Of a DNA stretch of 64,000 bases, positions 11,673-24,384 are shown piece by piece. The translations under genes were made by a program, and so were the position numbers. How positions within the stretch are numbered: the stretch's first letter is position 1; each line of letters opens with the position of its first letter. Source of the DNA: Lingula anatina (lineage: Eukaryota; Animalia; Brachiopoda); assembly GCA_051362555.1 (NCBI GenBank), contig CM120640.1:5208001-5272000 (forward strand). Direction: 5' to 3'. The notes beneath the pieces were generated by a model, which did not search any database, was not told the DNA's origin, and worked only from the letters and a program-made list of their open reading frames with translations.

Positions 11673-14600
11673 TCATACAAATTCATTGGTTCCTTGATCT
11701 CCTCCTGTTAGTGGTTGTAATGACTGGAATGAAGAATCAAATGTTTACCTATCTGTAAAACTGAAGGAGGAAGCATCTAAACAGTGTCCGATGAGGATGT
11801 GTCCTTAGTAACCCTGCCACTTTTTGAAATAGTAATTATCTTTTCCAAGTAGAAGGCATTAAATCTTCCAAATATTAACACCAGGTCCCATTTATCTCAC
11901 AAAAGAATTAAATAAAAGTTCATATTATACTTACTGCTGGCACGTTTTGATTGGGCTGATACTGGCTTTTCTCTATTGAAAACTGATCATCTGTTGTTTT
12001 TCTATATACTGGATTATCGAAGTTCATGCTCCTTATATTTTTGCGCATAAACTGCCTGTATATGATGTATCCAAGCTGAAATAGGAGAGAAGAATGTATT
12101 TACTATTTTTTCCTGCTCAAAACTTCACATTAATGCACAGATCATACACGCATTCTAATATCCAAGTAATTAGTGCAAAATGTACCCAATAATATGGGAT
12201 ATGAAGGATCCAGAATACATACATGCATGCACGCATGCGCGCACACACTCACACACACACACACACACACTAGTTAGCAGTGAATCAATAGTATCTTACC
12301 AGTCCACCGATGATGAACAAAGCTCCAACTATGCCAATGACAATTCCTGCTATCTGCCCAACGTTCTCTTCCGTATGCTTTTGTACAACCTCTGCTTCCG
12401 TGGTTTCCAGGATTGAGGAAGACGTTGTAGTGGTTGGTGGAGTTACAACAGCTGCAGAATAAAGAAAATCATTATAAATCTTGAGCCAAAACTTGAGACT
12501 GGAAGCAATCTGTCTAGGTTATCACACATTACAGTTCGATTAAAGAATGAATGCTAAGACAGGTGAAAAAATAATTTATCAAAACTAACAAAAGGGAAGT
12601 GTGAGACCATAATATTTCCAGCAATCAGACCATTAACGTTGGAGAAAAAATGTACATTGAGAAGTGTTACAACAATCAGCACTTGAGAATCTGACCTTAA
12701 AATGTTCATGCAGATTAATTTATAGTGCCTCATGCAACATTGAACACAAAAAGATAAACATTGTGGTCAAAATAAACAGGTGCCACCAAAAATCACTAAA
12801 TGCTTGTCATATCAACTACGTGTAATTGTGGATATATTTATTTTTTTTTTTAACAAAAAGAAAAATCCAGCTAAAAATTATAACAAGGGCACAGTAAAAC
12901 AGGTGGTGGTCATGTCTGGAATAGAGTTTCACTTGGGAGAAAAAGCAGGCATTTGCCACAAGAATGAGGCAGCATAAGCAAACAGTCACAAAAAGCCTGT
13001 TTATGTTCCTGTGAGAAAGCATAAACCAAAGGCATTTTTTAAAGGTTCATCTGCTGTTTTTTACATCAAACATAGAATACAAATATGACAAGGCTGGAGA
13101 AAAAAAAACAAAAAACAAAGGAAGACCCATAAAATCAAGCATGAAAACTACCACTGAAAACAAAGGGAGACCGAACAAATAAACAACTGATTTGAATCTC
13201 TATAGCCCTCCTACCCTGTGTAGATGAAGATGTAGATTTGAACCTTCCTGACCCATTAATACTTGGTGTTGTTGAACCATTTCTCGAGGCCTCTGTTGTA
13301 ATATTACTACTAACCGTAGTACTATTTATAGAAATCCCTATGTGGAAAATTTAAGAGAAAAATTTCAGCAGTGGTTATCATGCCAGCATTTCAAGGCCAT
13401 GATTGCACTCCTAGAGAAAAAGAGACATCTAGAAAAAAGTTCCCTCTATACTACAGATGACATGTTTTACAACCACAGTATTCCACAAATTGCTAGCCAT
13501 GACAAGCATTAGTGAGACTCCAGGACTTAAAACTCTGAGGTTCAATACTATCTAGCTTGCTTGACTAATAAACAGTCCAATATGTGTATCAAAACGTCAA
13601 CTATAGGTTTAAAAGGTGCATAGGCTTTCAACTGAGGCACAGTTTTTCCCCACTCACCTGAAGTGTCACAGGTCTTGCCGTCACTCTTCAACTTGTACCC
13701 GTCCATGCAGTGACATGTTGGTACCTTATTACTCGAAGGAAGGCAAAGGTGACTGCAGCCGCCATTGTTCTGTCCACATACATTGTGTCCTGGAAATACA
13801 AAGAAGTGTGTTTTTAATGGGTCACACACTTCCTAAACTATCATATCAGAATCAAAGCATCTCCCAATGTCTTAGTCTATTTTTTTTTCTATAGAAGTTT
13901 AGCATTTATCCCTCACAGTGAATGGTCAACTTACCAGCTGGCTGCCTGTAGGGGTGGTACACATGGACATCCATAGGGGAGTACAGGGAGATGGCTACAT
14001 CAGTGATATTATGACCAGTAAACTTATTGGCGGCATGGATTCCCTCAGTGTCCCAGTCTGCCCAATAAACAATATCCTGAAAATACATACAAACCAGATC
14101 TGTTTATCTCTATCTATGGATAGGGATAGACCTAGAGTACATGACTATTACTTTTTTGAAAAGTGATGTTACAGTAATATATGTTTGCATAAGCAATACG
14201 ATAAAAATGTAATAACAGACTAGTAGACTGAAAAGAAAAGTTACCAACCTCAAATACAGTGATAGAAAAGGGGTGTTTCAGTTTTTCCAGGCTCATCAAT
14301 ACTTGTCTGGCGTCATGTCCATCCAGATCCACTGATCCTATACAGTGCATCTTGGCATCAACCCAGAACAAGCGTTTGCTGACATAATCTGGAAATCAAA
14401 ATGTTGCACATGAAATGACTACATAATTTTAAGTAAAGCAATGCAAAAAAATAATTATATCAATAATAATAACACATGATGCAAAGGATTAAATCTATTG
14501 TTCCATTACAACAAAACAAACTGTCACCAAAACTTTTTTTCCTTTTCTACATGGCAGCTACTCACCTATGGTCAGACCATTGGGCCAGAGAACGTCAGGG

Positions 14601-15588
14601 CTGGATACAAGGCCATACTTTATATTGCCTTGGCTATCTTGCTTAAAAAAGCGATCCTGGCCATTCATTCCAGCTTTCTCAATCCTGGGAGTATCTCCCC
14701 AGTCAGTCCAATACATGTATCTGGAGAAAAAAAAGCATGCAAATTCCATTAGGCTAAATCTTTTTAAGTCTGAAAATGAACTGTATTACTTTCTTCTAAA
14801 CTCAATGAGAAATTGAAAAAAAAATCACCCTTGGCCTTATTTCAGAACTTACCCATTAACTGGATCAACAACAATGGCCCTGGGCTCGTCTAGAGCTAAG
14901 CTCAAGAGAGTCGTGCGCCATTTTGTTTCGATGTTGCCAACCTCGATGGTATTTTTCCCAGTATCTGTCCAGTAAAGGTTTTTATGGATCCAGTCATAGG
15001 CAAGGCCATCTGGAGTTTTTACAGTCATGGCAGTACCAAACAACTCTGTTCTTGTTTGTGTAGCTTTATCACTACTCACAGTTGCCCTGGACAAAAAAAG
15101 AAGTACATGTTAATTATTTGCATATAACAGGAGAAAAATACCCTAAACATAAAGTAATTTCCAAGTATTATCATTTTAAGAATTTTAAGAAAATTACAAT
15201 CAAAACATCATTTAATGCTGCACAAGTATTCACACTTACATGTAAATTTTCTCATCTGAAACATCAGTCCAGAATATAGTGCCTTTGCTGTAATCAAAAT
15301 CGATGGCAATTGCACTGGTCAAATTGTTCACCAGTTGTGTGTATTTTCCAGTAACAGGCGTTAGCAGACGAATATCATGTCGGTTTGAAAACATAATGGA
15401 AACCGGGGCATCTGGAACTAAAACAGTCAAATGGTTAGATCCCTTTTCCCCGCCAATGCCAAATCTTTCAGTTAACATATAAAACATAAGAAAATGCAGG
15501 TGTAGTATTTTCTATGAATTTCCAAAAGTAATAAAAACAGAACTTAAGTACAGTTCCCATTAAAGGCGACTATTAATTAACAAAAAGT

Positions 15589-15656
<68 letters not shown>

Positions 15657-16914
15657 CGTACTGTTAGCTTTGCACATGCGCTGTCTCAAATCCCAATTAT
15701 ATCCTTTATGGCAGTCACATCTGTAGGAGCCCTTGTGGTTAGTGCAGTTATGGGAGCACATACCAAGGATAGAACATTCATCTATGTCTGCAAATAATAA
15801 CAGCCAGTCCAATAATTCCTCAACACAAGACTTTGGTGCTCACAAATGAAAGCAGCTGACAGAAGTTGGAGCAAATGCCTGTATTTGTATTTATACATTT
15901 TCCTGTATCTGTATGCATATATATTCATGGAATGCAAAGATTTAAATCTATTACCTCTAATGACCCTATTCGCAAAGAGCTTGTTAACCAACTTACAAAT
16001 TTTGGCTGGCCTAAATGCACATCAACTTAGCACTCTTTTCACATGTATGTTTTCACTTACCTTCACAAGTCTTGTTGTTTGAAGCAGAGATTTTGTATCC
16101 TTCGTGGCACTTGCAATAATACGAGGCTGCAGTATTTATACACAGATGCATACATCCACCATTATTTGTGTCACATTCATTGACTTCTGTAAGCACAAAC
16201 ATACATTTTTTTAAATTTTTGCTATAAAATTCCTCTAACTAATATATGAAATTACAAAATCATTCAAAGCCTTACCTTATATGATAACAAAAGGTTACGC
16301 CTTTAAAACACCTGAAGAAAACATTATCCCATAATAATACTCACTGTTCATGCACATTGAATACTCCTCATCCTCCCCGCTGTAGCAATCATTGGTGCCA
16401 TCACACACCTTGTCATTGGCAATACATTCCCCATCGTTGCACTTGAACTGCTCTTGTGTGCATTCCATAACTAATAAGAATCACAATAAAGCAGTTACAA
16501 TTAAATAATCAGGATCTGAACATATCACATTAAAAACTAAGATTTCTCATATGGAAAAAAATCAATTCTGTTCATTAATTCTGTTCAAGCTGTTCATTAA
16601 TTAGAGACTCAATTCTGTAAACTTACTGCAGCGCTCCTCATCCGATCCATCTGGACACTCCACCTGACCATTACAACGCATAGATATGGGACGACAATAG
16701 CCACTGGTCTTGCAGGCAAAATGATCAGGAGCACAGGTTATTCCTGGACCTACATGAAAATAAAAAGGAAGTTAAATATAAATATATACAGACACTAAGT
16801 TCTGAATACATCTTTTTACTATATAAAAATAGCAAAGAGCAGACAGAAATTTTCATTCAATGAAAGAACCTACAACACTTCTACTCTCTTGTTCGGACTT
16901 CAGACATGAGCCTA

Positions 16915-16966
<52 letters not shown>

Positions 16967-19900
16967 GAACATTTATCATGGGACCCAACACCTAACCTTG
17001 ACAAATCTCAGGAATCATCAGCACTGAACTAAAAAATGCGGAATTCCGCTTTTCCACAGAAAAAGCTCATGTCTGAGACTTGGTGACAACCCAAGTTATG
17101 ATAATAATCAGTACTAAATCAGTAACTGGAAGAATGTCTTACAGGTAGGGCCTTCATCAGATTCATCTGCACAGTCAGCATAGCCATCACATCTCCAGGT
17201 GTTGTGAATGCATTCTCCATTGGCACACATAAACTCCGTGTTGCTACATTGAGACTGGGAGGGCTCTTTTGAAGTACAATTCTGCTCATCGTTCTCACAA
17301 TCAATATCTCCATCGCAGACCCAGCGCTGTGGAATACATTTCTGGGACTTTGCATCAGATGATGAGCACTTGAATTCATTGGAAGCGCAAGTTGTTGGGG
17401 CTGCAATGTAAAAGAAAGATCACACCAAAATCACTTGATGGCATGGTTAAGAGATCATATCCATATTACAACATAAACATTTAAATGCCTTAGTTAAAAC
17501 AAAAGACTTTGCTGTTATCTGTAAATAAGGAGCTGCATTTGCAGGCAAGTAATAGCTATGTGATATCCTAGTGAATGGTGTTTTCTAACCTCTGCTAATT
17601 TGAATATGAATGTTCACATGGCTGACAATCACAACAGTGCCCCAAGTGACCCCACATATACTTCACTTCACATTCCTGACAAGAAATGTGAGAACATTTT
17701 ACAGCTGCATAAAATCATGTAAGAGACCCCCTTGATCAAATCTTGCCTGGTAGGTCTAGTAGGAACTTACCACAATTCTCCTCATCAGAGGCATCATTTT
17801 CTCCACAATCCTGGTCTCCATCACACTTCCACCTGGAAGTGATGCATTTATCACTAACGGCACACCTGAACTCATCAGGGCCACAGCTGCTAGATGCTAC
17901 AGAATAATAAAAACATAACAATATCAACACATGGAAGCCCAATATCTTCATGTTGGTATCAGATACAAGTTAATATCTGCTGTACTGATAACAATGGACA
18001 CTAGGTAAATGTAAGGACAAAGTCCAATCTTGATTACTTCCTGTCTGCATTTATAATGACTGAGCTTAGCTACAGTGTACTTTGACCTTTGGACCAGTCT
18101 CTAAAGCTCACCAGCTTAGTGTATATATTGTCAAGCACAGTGTAAATCCCCACCTGGAGACAGAAAAGAGGGAAGAATTTGAACAGATACTCACGGCATT
18201 GTTCAGGAGTTTCATCGTCTCCTTGAGGACAGTCATTTTGACCATCACATTTCCAAGATGCTGGTATGCAGACTCCATTACCACAGCTAAAGTGATTTTC
18301 TTGACATTTTCTGTTTTCTAAAAGGTAAGCAAATTTTCCTAATCAGAAAGAGATAAGTAGAAACTAACTGCTAATTATTTATTTACTTAAGTTCAACCTG
18401 AACATTCAAACAAATCAATGTATGCCTTCATTTATTCCAAATGAGCAGATGTTAGTATTTTCTTGTCTAAAAATTATGAATAGATCATCCTATATAAAAC
18501 TGCCAAGTGCATTCCACCCTTCTGAGGTCAAAGTCCAATCTCCACTGTTCCTCATACCACACCTGTAGCCCTCTTTATGCATTACATTTATCTGTGTTAT
18601 AACTTGAGAATATTTTATGTTCAATAATTTGTCATTCATCTTTATATTATTCAAATATTTATCTAACCATTTATCCATATACCTCTCAAGTTAAATTTTT
18701 GTTGATAAATTACCGATATTGAATACCCTTATCCTAAGAACAAATTCCCTTTATTCACCTGGTGGAAAAACCAAATACTGAAATAACAAAACTAAAATCA
18801 CAAGTCCAAACTTCTTCCTTTTAATATTATGTACTTAATTTTTATTCATTAATTTCTTAAGTCCTATACCACCATAGAGGTCCTTAATATCATGATTATT
18901 GCCTAATTTGGCTACTGTTAATCAAAAATGAGCACTGTTTTTTTATTTTATAAGTGTATATTCCATTTCAACTTACCACACATAGACTGCTCTTCATCTG
19001 AATTATCAGCACAGTCTTTTTCACCATCACAAAGCCATCTGTCCATTATACATCTGCCATTGGCACACTTGAATTCACCTTTAGTACAATTTACTGGCCC
19101 TAAAAGTTAAAATATGTGTCATTGGATGAAAAAATATATGTATATACATATATATAAACAGTGATGCCAAAATACCTATCTAAAAGAGAAATGACTATAT
19201 CATTTTTATTTATTTACTCCCCCTCCCAACCACCTAGTATCTCATATTCAATTCATATCAGGGTTATGACAAATGGGTGCATACCTGACAAATATCATTT
19301 TTCAACACTGAGGTCATGAACTGTATAAGAACGTTATTGAAACCATTTAGTGTAAAAGGTTAGTTGCACCTCTAACAACACAGCACATGATAGTGCCTAT
19401 ATTAGAGCAATCAATATGGTAATCAAATGAAGCCCATCCTCCCTTTAGTCAGGCAACATCGGCAGGTTGTGTTCTGACCAATCAGAGCTCAGCAGGTCTC
19501 AGCCAGCACATGACCCGCACAGTAAATGACCTACAACCGTGAATGTCTAAAATACTACTTATCTGTAACCTGAAAACACCTTGCACTGTCAAAGTGTAAA
19601 CATAATGACCTTAGCCCACTTCTTTTGGAGTACCCAATTAATGCTGTTTGTGATAAACTAACCGAATTGGTGTTAACTGCTAAGACCATAGTTCAAGTTA
19701 GTCAAGATGTGTGGGCACAAGACCAGTAGGAGTAAATGCTGATCAAAGTTAAATATTTATGACCAGTGTGATGTGTCTTGAAATATTATGAAAACAAAAT
19801 GTACTGTGATATATAGAAGATTAAATTGTCATTATCAGGAAGAGATACTACAAAACTAAATATGTACCAATTAATCTCTGCAATCCACTCAGGACAAAAG

Positions 19901-21594
19901 AATCGCCTAGTATGAATTCTGGGTATAATGGTTATTTAGGCAATTCAAGGAATGTCACCCTATTAACTGTACTTGGGGACCTTCTGTTAGGCATAAACTG
20001 TGTGATATATGTACTACATTGGTCTTTGGAGCAATTATATTTCTTCCACTGCAGTTTAAGAAAAAAAAAATTTGGAAGTTGGTTCATGTCATGTATGGTT
20101 CATTTGCTGAGGATTTTGAAAAAAATTGAAAGTATCCTTTTGCTATTTCATGTCTGAAGATAAATATTCTGTTGTATTTATTGTTAATATTGAAATATTT
20201 TATCAAAAATATTTTCTCAGATGTGATAAAAAAAACCTGAAGAGCATGATAAAACAAAATATCATAATATATTCAAATGAAGCTGTTACTTAAGCTGAAG
20301 AATCTTACTGTTTTCTCCCAAGCCCTTTGAAGTAAAATATTAATTATTATGAGGACATACCCTACCCTCAAAATGATTCACCAACACTTAAGATACAAGT
20401 TACAACAAATATAATTTCACCCTGAGCTGTTCTTCCCCTTTAAAAATTTGTGTCAGGGACGTATGTGAGCAGCATACATACAAATTGAAGGTTCGCTTAA
20501 AATTGTAATTTAAGCAACCCTCTATTGTGCTGATAAGTTACACAAGCATGATACTTCTTTTTACAATTATCATACAGTGTGAAGTCTTGAGTTCACTGAA
20601 GGATTACATTTCTTTAAGCAAGCCAACCTGCAGAGTATATTTAACAACATTCTATTTCTAAAACCATATCCATATTAGTAAATTTGATTTTATATAGTCC
20701 TAAGAAACAAATTTATCAGAAGTTTAGCAACATATTTTAAATGTTGCTGTTCATATCAAGGTTAAGGGGGCACACTTCTTGGTATTCAACTTAAGCAAGT
20801 TTTTTAATCAATTTTGTGCAATTTAAATATGTATTAATATCATGCAAAATAATAGTTTAATGAATTTAATTAATAATTAACAGGAGATTAAAATGTAAAA
20901 TAAATATAAGATCACATATGGAGATCCTTAATACTGGTAGGGAGTGGCACAGAATCTCCTTAACCAAATATTTCATGACCATGATACAAATACCAAGGAA
21001 TGCCCACATATATGCAGAAACAACAATTACTGTACATTATTTTTCTAACAATGGAACTTCCGTGATTTCCTACCAAGATGACATTTTTTTATTCAAGAGC
21101 AATCAGAAAACTTACTATTCTGGCAGTCTGCCTCATCAGACTTGTCAAAACAATCGGCAGCTCCGTCACATTTCCAACTGTTGGGTATACAACTGTCTCC
21201 ATTAGCACAAGTGAACTGATTGCTCCCACACTGCTGACCTGAAATAAAAACAATGAACATCAATAACTAAGTACTTCCTTCCATTCTTAACATAACACTA
21301 CTATTAAAAAAAACTTGTTCTTCTGTAAGAAAAGTACAACCAAAAATGAAAATGTACTCATGCTGTCCTTTCATTTTAATAGCTCATTTATCAATTTCAA
21401 GTTTCTTATGAATCCTGCAAAACATGTTACAGTGGAATATTCCAGAAGCTGTCTGCTTTTTTCATTGCAGATAGTGGCAAATTCATAAAGCATGTCACAT
21501 TATACAAAATATTATCCAAGTTATGCCCCTGTTAGAGATTTTATATTTATGTTCAGTAAAATTACAAATCAATTAATCCAGTTATAAAAAATAT

Positions 21595-21638
<44 letters not shown>

Positions 21639-23982
21639 CTTTGGGTTTCAACAAGTTTGTAACAACAAAGAGAGATGAACAGTTAAAGTCAAAAGATTGC
21701 TGGGATGGCAGATAGATTCACAGATAACACATTTCTCCACCAAATTAGAAATATGGACCCTTTCACTAAACAGAAGTAATGATACTTTACAATCTCAAAT
21801 TTTAGATGCAGGTGATAAGCATCCCTGTACATGTGTTAGGCCATTTTGTCAGAGCCAAAAAAACTTATCACCCATTTTACTTTGAACTTCTCAACACACA
21901 GCTTTGGGTCTATTCCCACAACTTTAGATCGATCTATCACCGCGGGGAGTCTCACCAGACTACCGTCAGATGATCCCCCTTAAGTGTCCGTCCCCGCCCA
22001 CTACAAGCCATAAGTGGCAATTAACTTTCGTGTCCGCCTGGCTGACAGCTATTCAGCGTGAACCCCCAGGGAGTTAGGTCGATCTAATCTATGGAAATGG
22101 GGTGTTTGTTTTCAACTTTTTGCACTTGCCTTGAGATTGTAAATCAAAACAATGGCCACCAAGGCTGTGCGGTTTGTATATGCAAGAAAGCACCCAGAAT
22201 CCAAAGTTAGTAAACTATTCAAATTTAATCAACAAGGACACGCTTACTGTGCTCATATATATGTGTATATGCACAGTCCCATTTTTTTTTCCTTACAGGA
22301 AAATTTAGTAAAATAAGGACAATTTAGATTGAGGTGTGTTGAAACATCTATATAAGCACATATTATACTTTATTTGCATTGCTCTTGAGAATGTAATGCA
22401 AACTGTTTACTGATAAGACTCAAAATAATCAGGTGGTGGTCCTTCTAAGGAACATGAAACAATAAATTTAATTCCATTTTTTTTTTGGTTCAAATGACAC
22501 CAAAATACTCTGAATTTCATTTGTCCTTAGTTTTTTCTAAACATCTTCTTGGGGGAGGATCCCCCCCCCCCCTAAACCCTATATGATAGTTTTCATCTAG
22601 GGCAGATCCAGGGATATTCATCTTTGTCGATCCATCCTTTATTTTTGACCGTCTACCGGTAGGAAAAAATTAGATGTCATCAATGTAAACTTAAAACTTC
22701 CCACTGTTTTCCAAAGACCCAGAAGACAGTTTCCATCCGCCCCAGTTCATCTGCAGGCAGGTCACACACATCATGAGTTACTGATAACACTAGTGTGAAA
22801 AGTATGTTTGCCATTTTCAGGGCTTGTTGTCCACACCATTTATTCTCAAGATATGGTGATGATAAATCAATTCAACACAAAATTACATAATACAAAATGG
22901 AATTTTAAAAGGAAAACTTTTTCCAAAGTCATTTTTGAACAGCTATATCATCAATACATTTTATTATGAAAATGTAGGGGTATTTTTAAGTGAAATGGGG
23001 GGGGGGGGGGGGGGTCACATCAAATGAAGTAATTGTGATTTCTTAATTCTTTTCTTTACATGTTACTTAAATACATCATTTCGTCTCAAGGCCAGCTTTC
23101 TTACCTGAGAGGCAATCACAGTCTCTTAATAAATTAGACATGAGCCTAGGTTTAAAAAAACCTCTGACATTTATCATGGGACCCAAAACTTAACCTTGAG
23201 GAAACTCAAGAACCATCAGAATTGGAAGTGGAATTCCGCTTTTCTGTGGAAAAGCTCATGTCTGATAAATATATTTTATAAATCACCGACACATTTTACA
23301 GTATGAGTGCCAGTTACTTTTTTTAAATCCATGGTTACCTGAGACAGTCATCGAACGCTATGACTGGTCCAGATAAATCTTTCATCATTCTGATTCTATG
23401 AGCAACTTATCTGCTTTGGCCAAAGCCAAGGTTGGCACGTGTCACAAACCAGCTTAACATTAAAATATAATGCTGTGTAGGCTACACAGTACACGTTTAC
23501 TTGAACCACCACTTAGTCCACAACACAATTCTTATTTTTCAGAACTACAACAAAATCAGATTCGTATGAATCGGTACAACAAAAGTTTAAATTGAGACAA
23601 AGTATGGTTCAGTCAAGAATCGATTTCTCGTTCGAGTACGTGTCGGCGCTCAATGCTATGGAGGTCCGACCTCTAAGGCCGATTAACTGTCCGAATTCTC
23701 ATGGCTTTTTGTGAATGGAAATGTTGCAAAACCTATCTAACGTGTGACAATTTGAGAAGTTTAAGGATCAAATTTTAGTAATATTGTAAAATAACATCCA
23801 TTAAATGTCAAAAACACGGAAAAAATTACATCAATCGCAGAATATGCACACGCCCATCACCATCAGGCCATGTGTACATACTAACGATGTACAACAACAA
23901 CATTATACTTACTTCTCACGGATTCTGTGCTCACTAAAAAGTATATTAGACAGCAAAATATGATATTCCTCGGCCTTTTCAT
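11673..23982 (-). CDS. VLDL receptor / lipophorin receptor-like LDLR-family protein (signal peptide, 8 LDLa repeats, EGF-A/B, YWTD propeller, EGF-C, O-linked sugar region, TM, FDNPVY tail), complete, about 20 coding exons
   Basis: Exons (- strand): 23982-23913 ([23 protein letters not shown]), LDLa 21238-21116, 19099-18977, 18317-18195, 17896-17771, 17400-17143 (two repeats), 16749-16627, 16470-16345; EGF 16186-16061, 15787-15662; YWTD ~15417-15240, 15086-14853, 14720-14566, 14388-14249, 14076-13935; EGF-C 13789-13658; S/T-rich 13337-13215; S/T+TM 12451-12300; tail 12075-11935 ([13 protein letters not shown]); last 11723-11673 ([16 protein letters not shown]). Splice phases are consistent. 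Confidence 0.95.
15591..15650. repeat. (AT)n microsatellite
   Basis: About 30 AT units in a receptor intron. Confidence 0.98.
16901..17075. mobile_element. CAGACATGAGC-TIR MITE, copy 2 (internal poly-A expansion)
   Basis: Perfect 11-bp TIRs; flanks GGACTT/AGACTT; an A-run of about 40 nt inside. Confidence 0.75.
21597..21635. repeat. (GA)n microsatellite
   Basis: Direct inspection. Confidence 0.98.
21905..22105. mobile_element. MITE related to 3133-3347, opposite orientation
   Basis: Contains CCCCCAGGGAGTTAGGTCGATCTA, the reverse complement of TAGATCGACCTAACTCCCTGGGGG at ~3166-3189, and GGGGAGTCTCAC matching GTGAGACTCCCC. Confidence 0.7.
22597..22745. mobile_element. CAGGGGCGGAT-type MITE, copy 1 (5-bp TSD TTCAT)
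   Basis: CTAGGGCAGAT ... ATCCGCCCCAG flanked by TTCAT. Shares GATCCATCCT, TTTTTGACCGTCT and AGACCCAGAAGACAG with 45871-46036. Confidence 0.7.
23135..23264. mobile_element. CAGACATGAGC-TIR MITE, copy 3
   Basis: TAGACATGAGC...GCTCATGTCTG with an exact 6-bp TSD ATAAAT. The interior matches copy 2 (CATTTATCATGGGACCCAA, GGAATTCCGCTTTTC). Confidence 0.78.
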
Positions 23983-24095
23983 TATATTGTTTCTTGGCGT
24001 AATGTACCACCTCGGCTGTCAGAGATAAAATGGGTGTATAACTACCGTTCTCAACCTTTCAACAGCTCCTATTTTGTTGTCAATGTAACAGACAG

Positions 24096-24384
24096 AGGGC
24101 GCGAAGTAGATGGGGTGACTGGAAACAGTCATACGGTACTTCCATGTCACAGCTTCCCTCCCCATTATGGTACAGTTGGTCGAAAAGATTATTGCAATGT
24201 ATTAATTTTGATTGACATATTACCCGATAAAATCAACAATTTTATCTTTCCCTTTTTAAAAATGTCCAAAATGCAAAGTAAGATCTAACTTTGGATAGTT
24301 TGACACAGATACTTCTCTTTATAAGAGGGAGTGAGCGCAGCCATTGGCCTCTGCATAAATATATTTGACCTCAGATCACGCCAC
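24096..24384 (-). promoter_or_regulatory. Putative proximal promoter of the lipoprotein receptor with SRE-like and CCAAT motifs
   Basis: GTCACCCCAT on the - strand (24110-24119) beside GC-rich GAGGGCGCG, ATCACGCCAC (24375-24384), and ATTGG/CCAAT (24343-24347). All lie 130-400 bp upstream of the ATG at 23982. Confidence 0.5.

Noticed and set aside
15588-15797. YIYIYI and HTHTHT low-complexity ORFs (also 44210-44427, 54246-54497)
   Set aside because: They are translations of (AT)n and (TG)n microsatellites.
19261-19560. Alternative promoter or signal-peptide exon for a 7-LDLa receptor isoform (CCAAT box GACCAATCAG and a donor-like site nearby)
   Set aside because: No ATG-initiated phase-1 hydrophobic exon could be built, and the motifs alone are insufficient.
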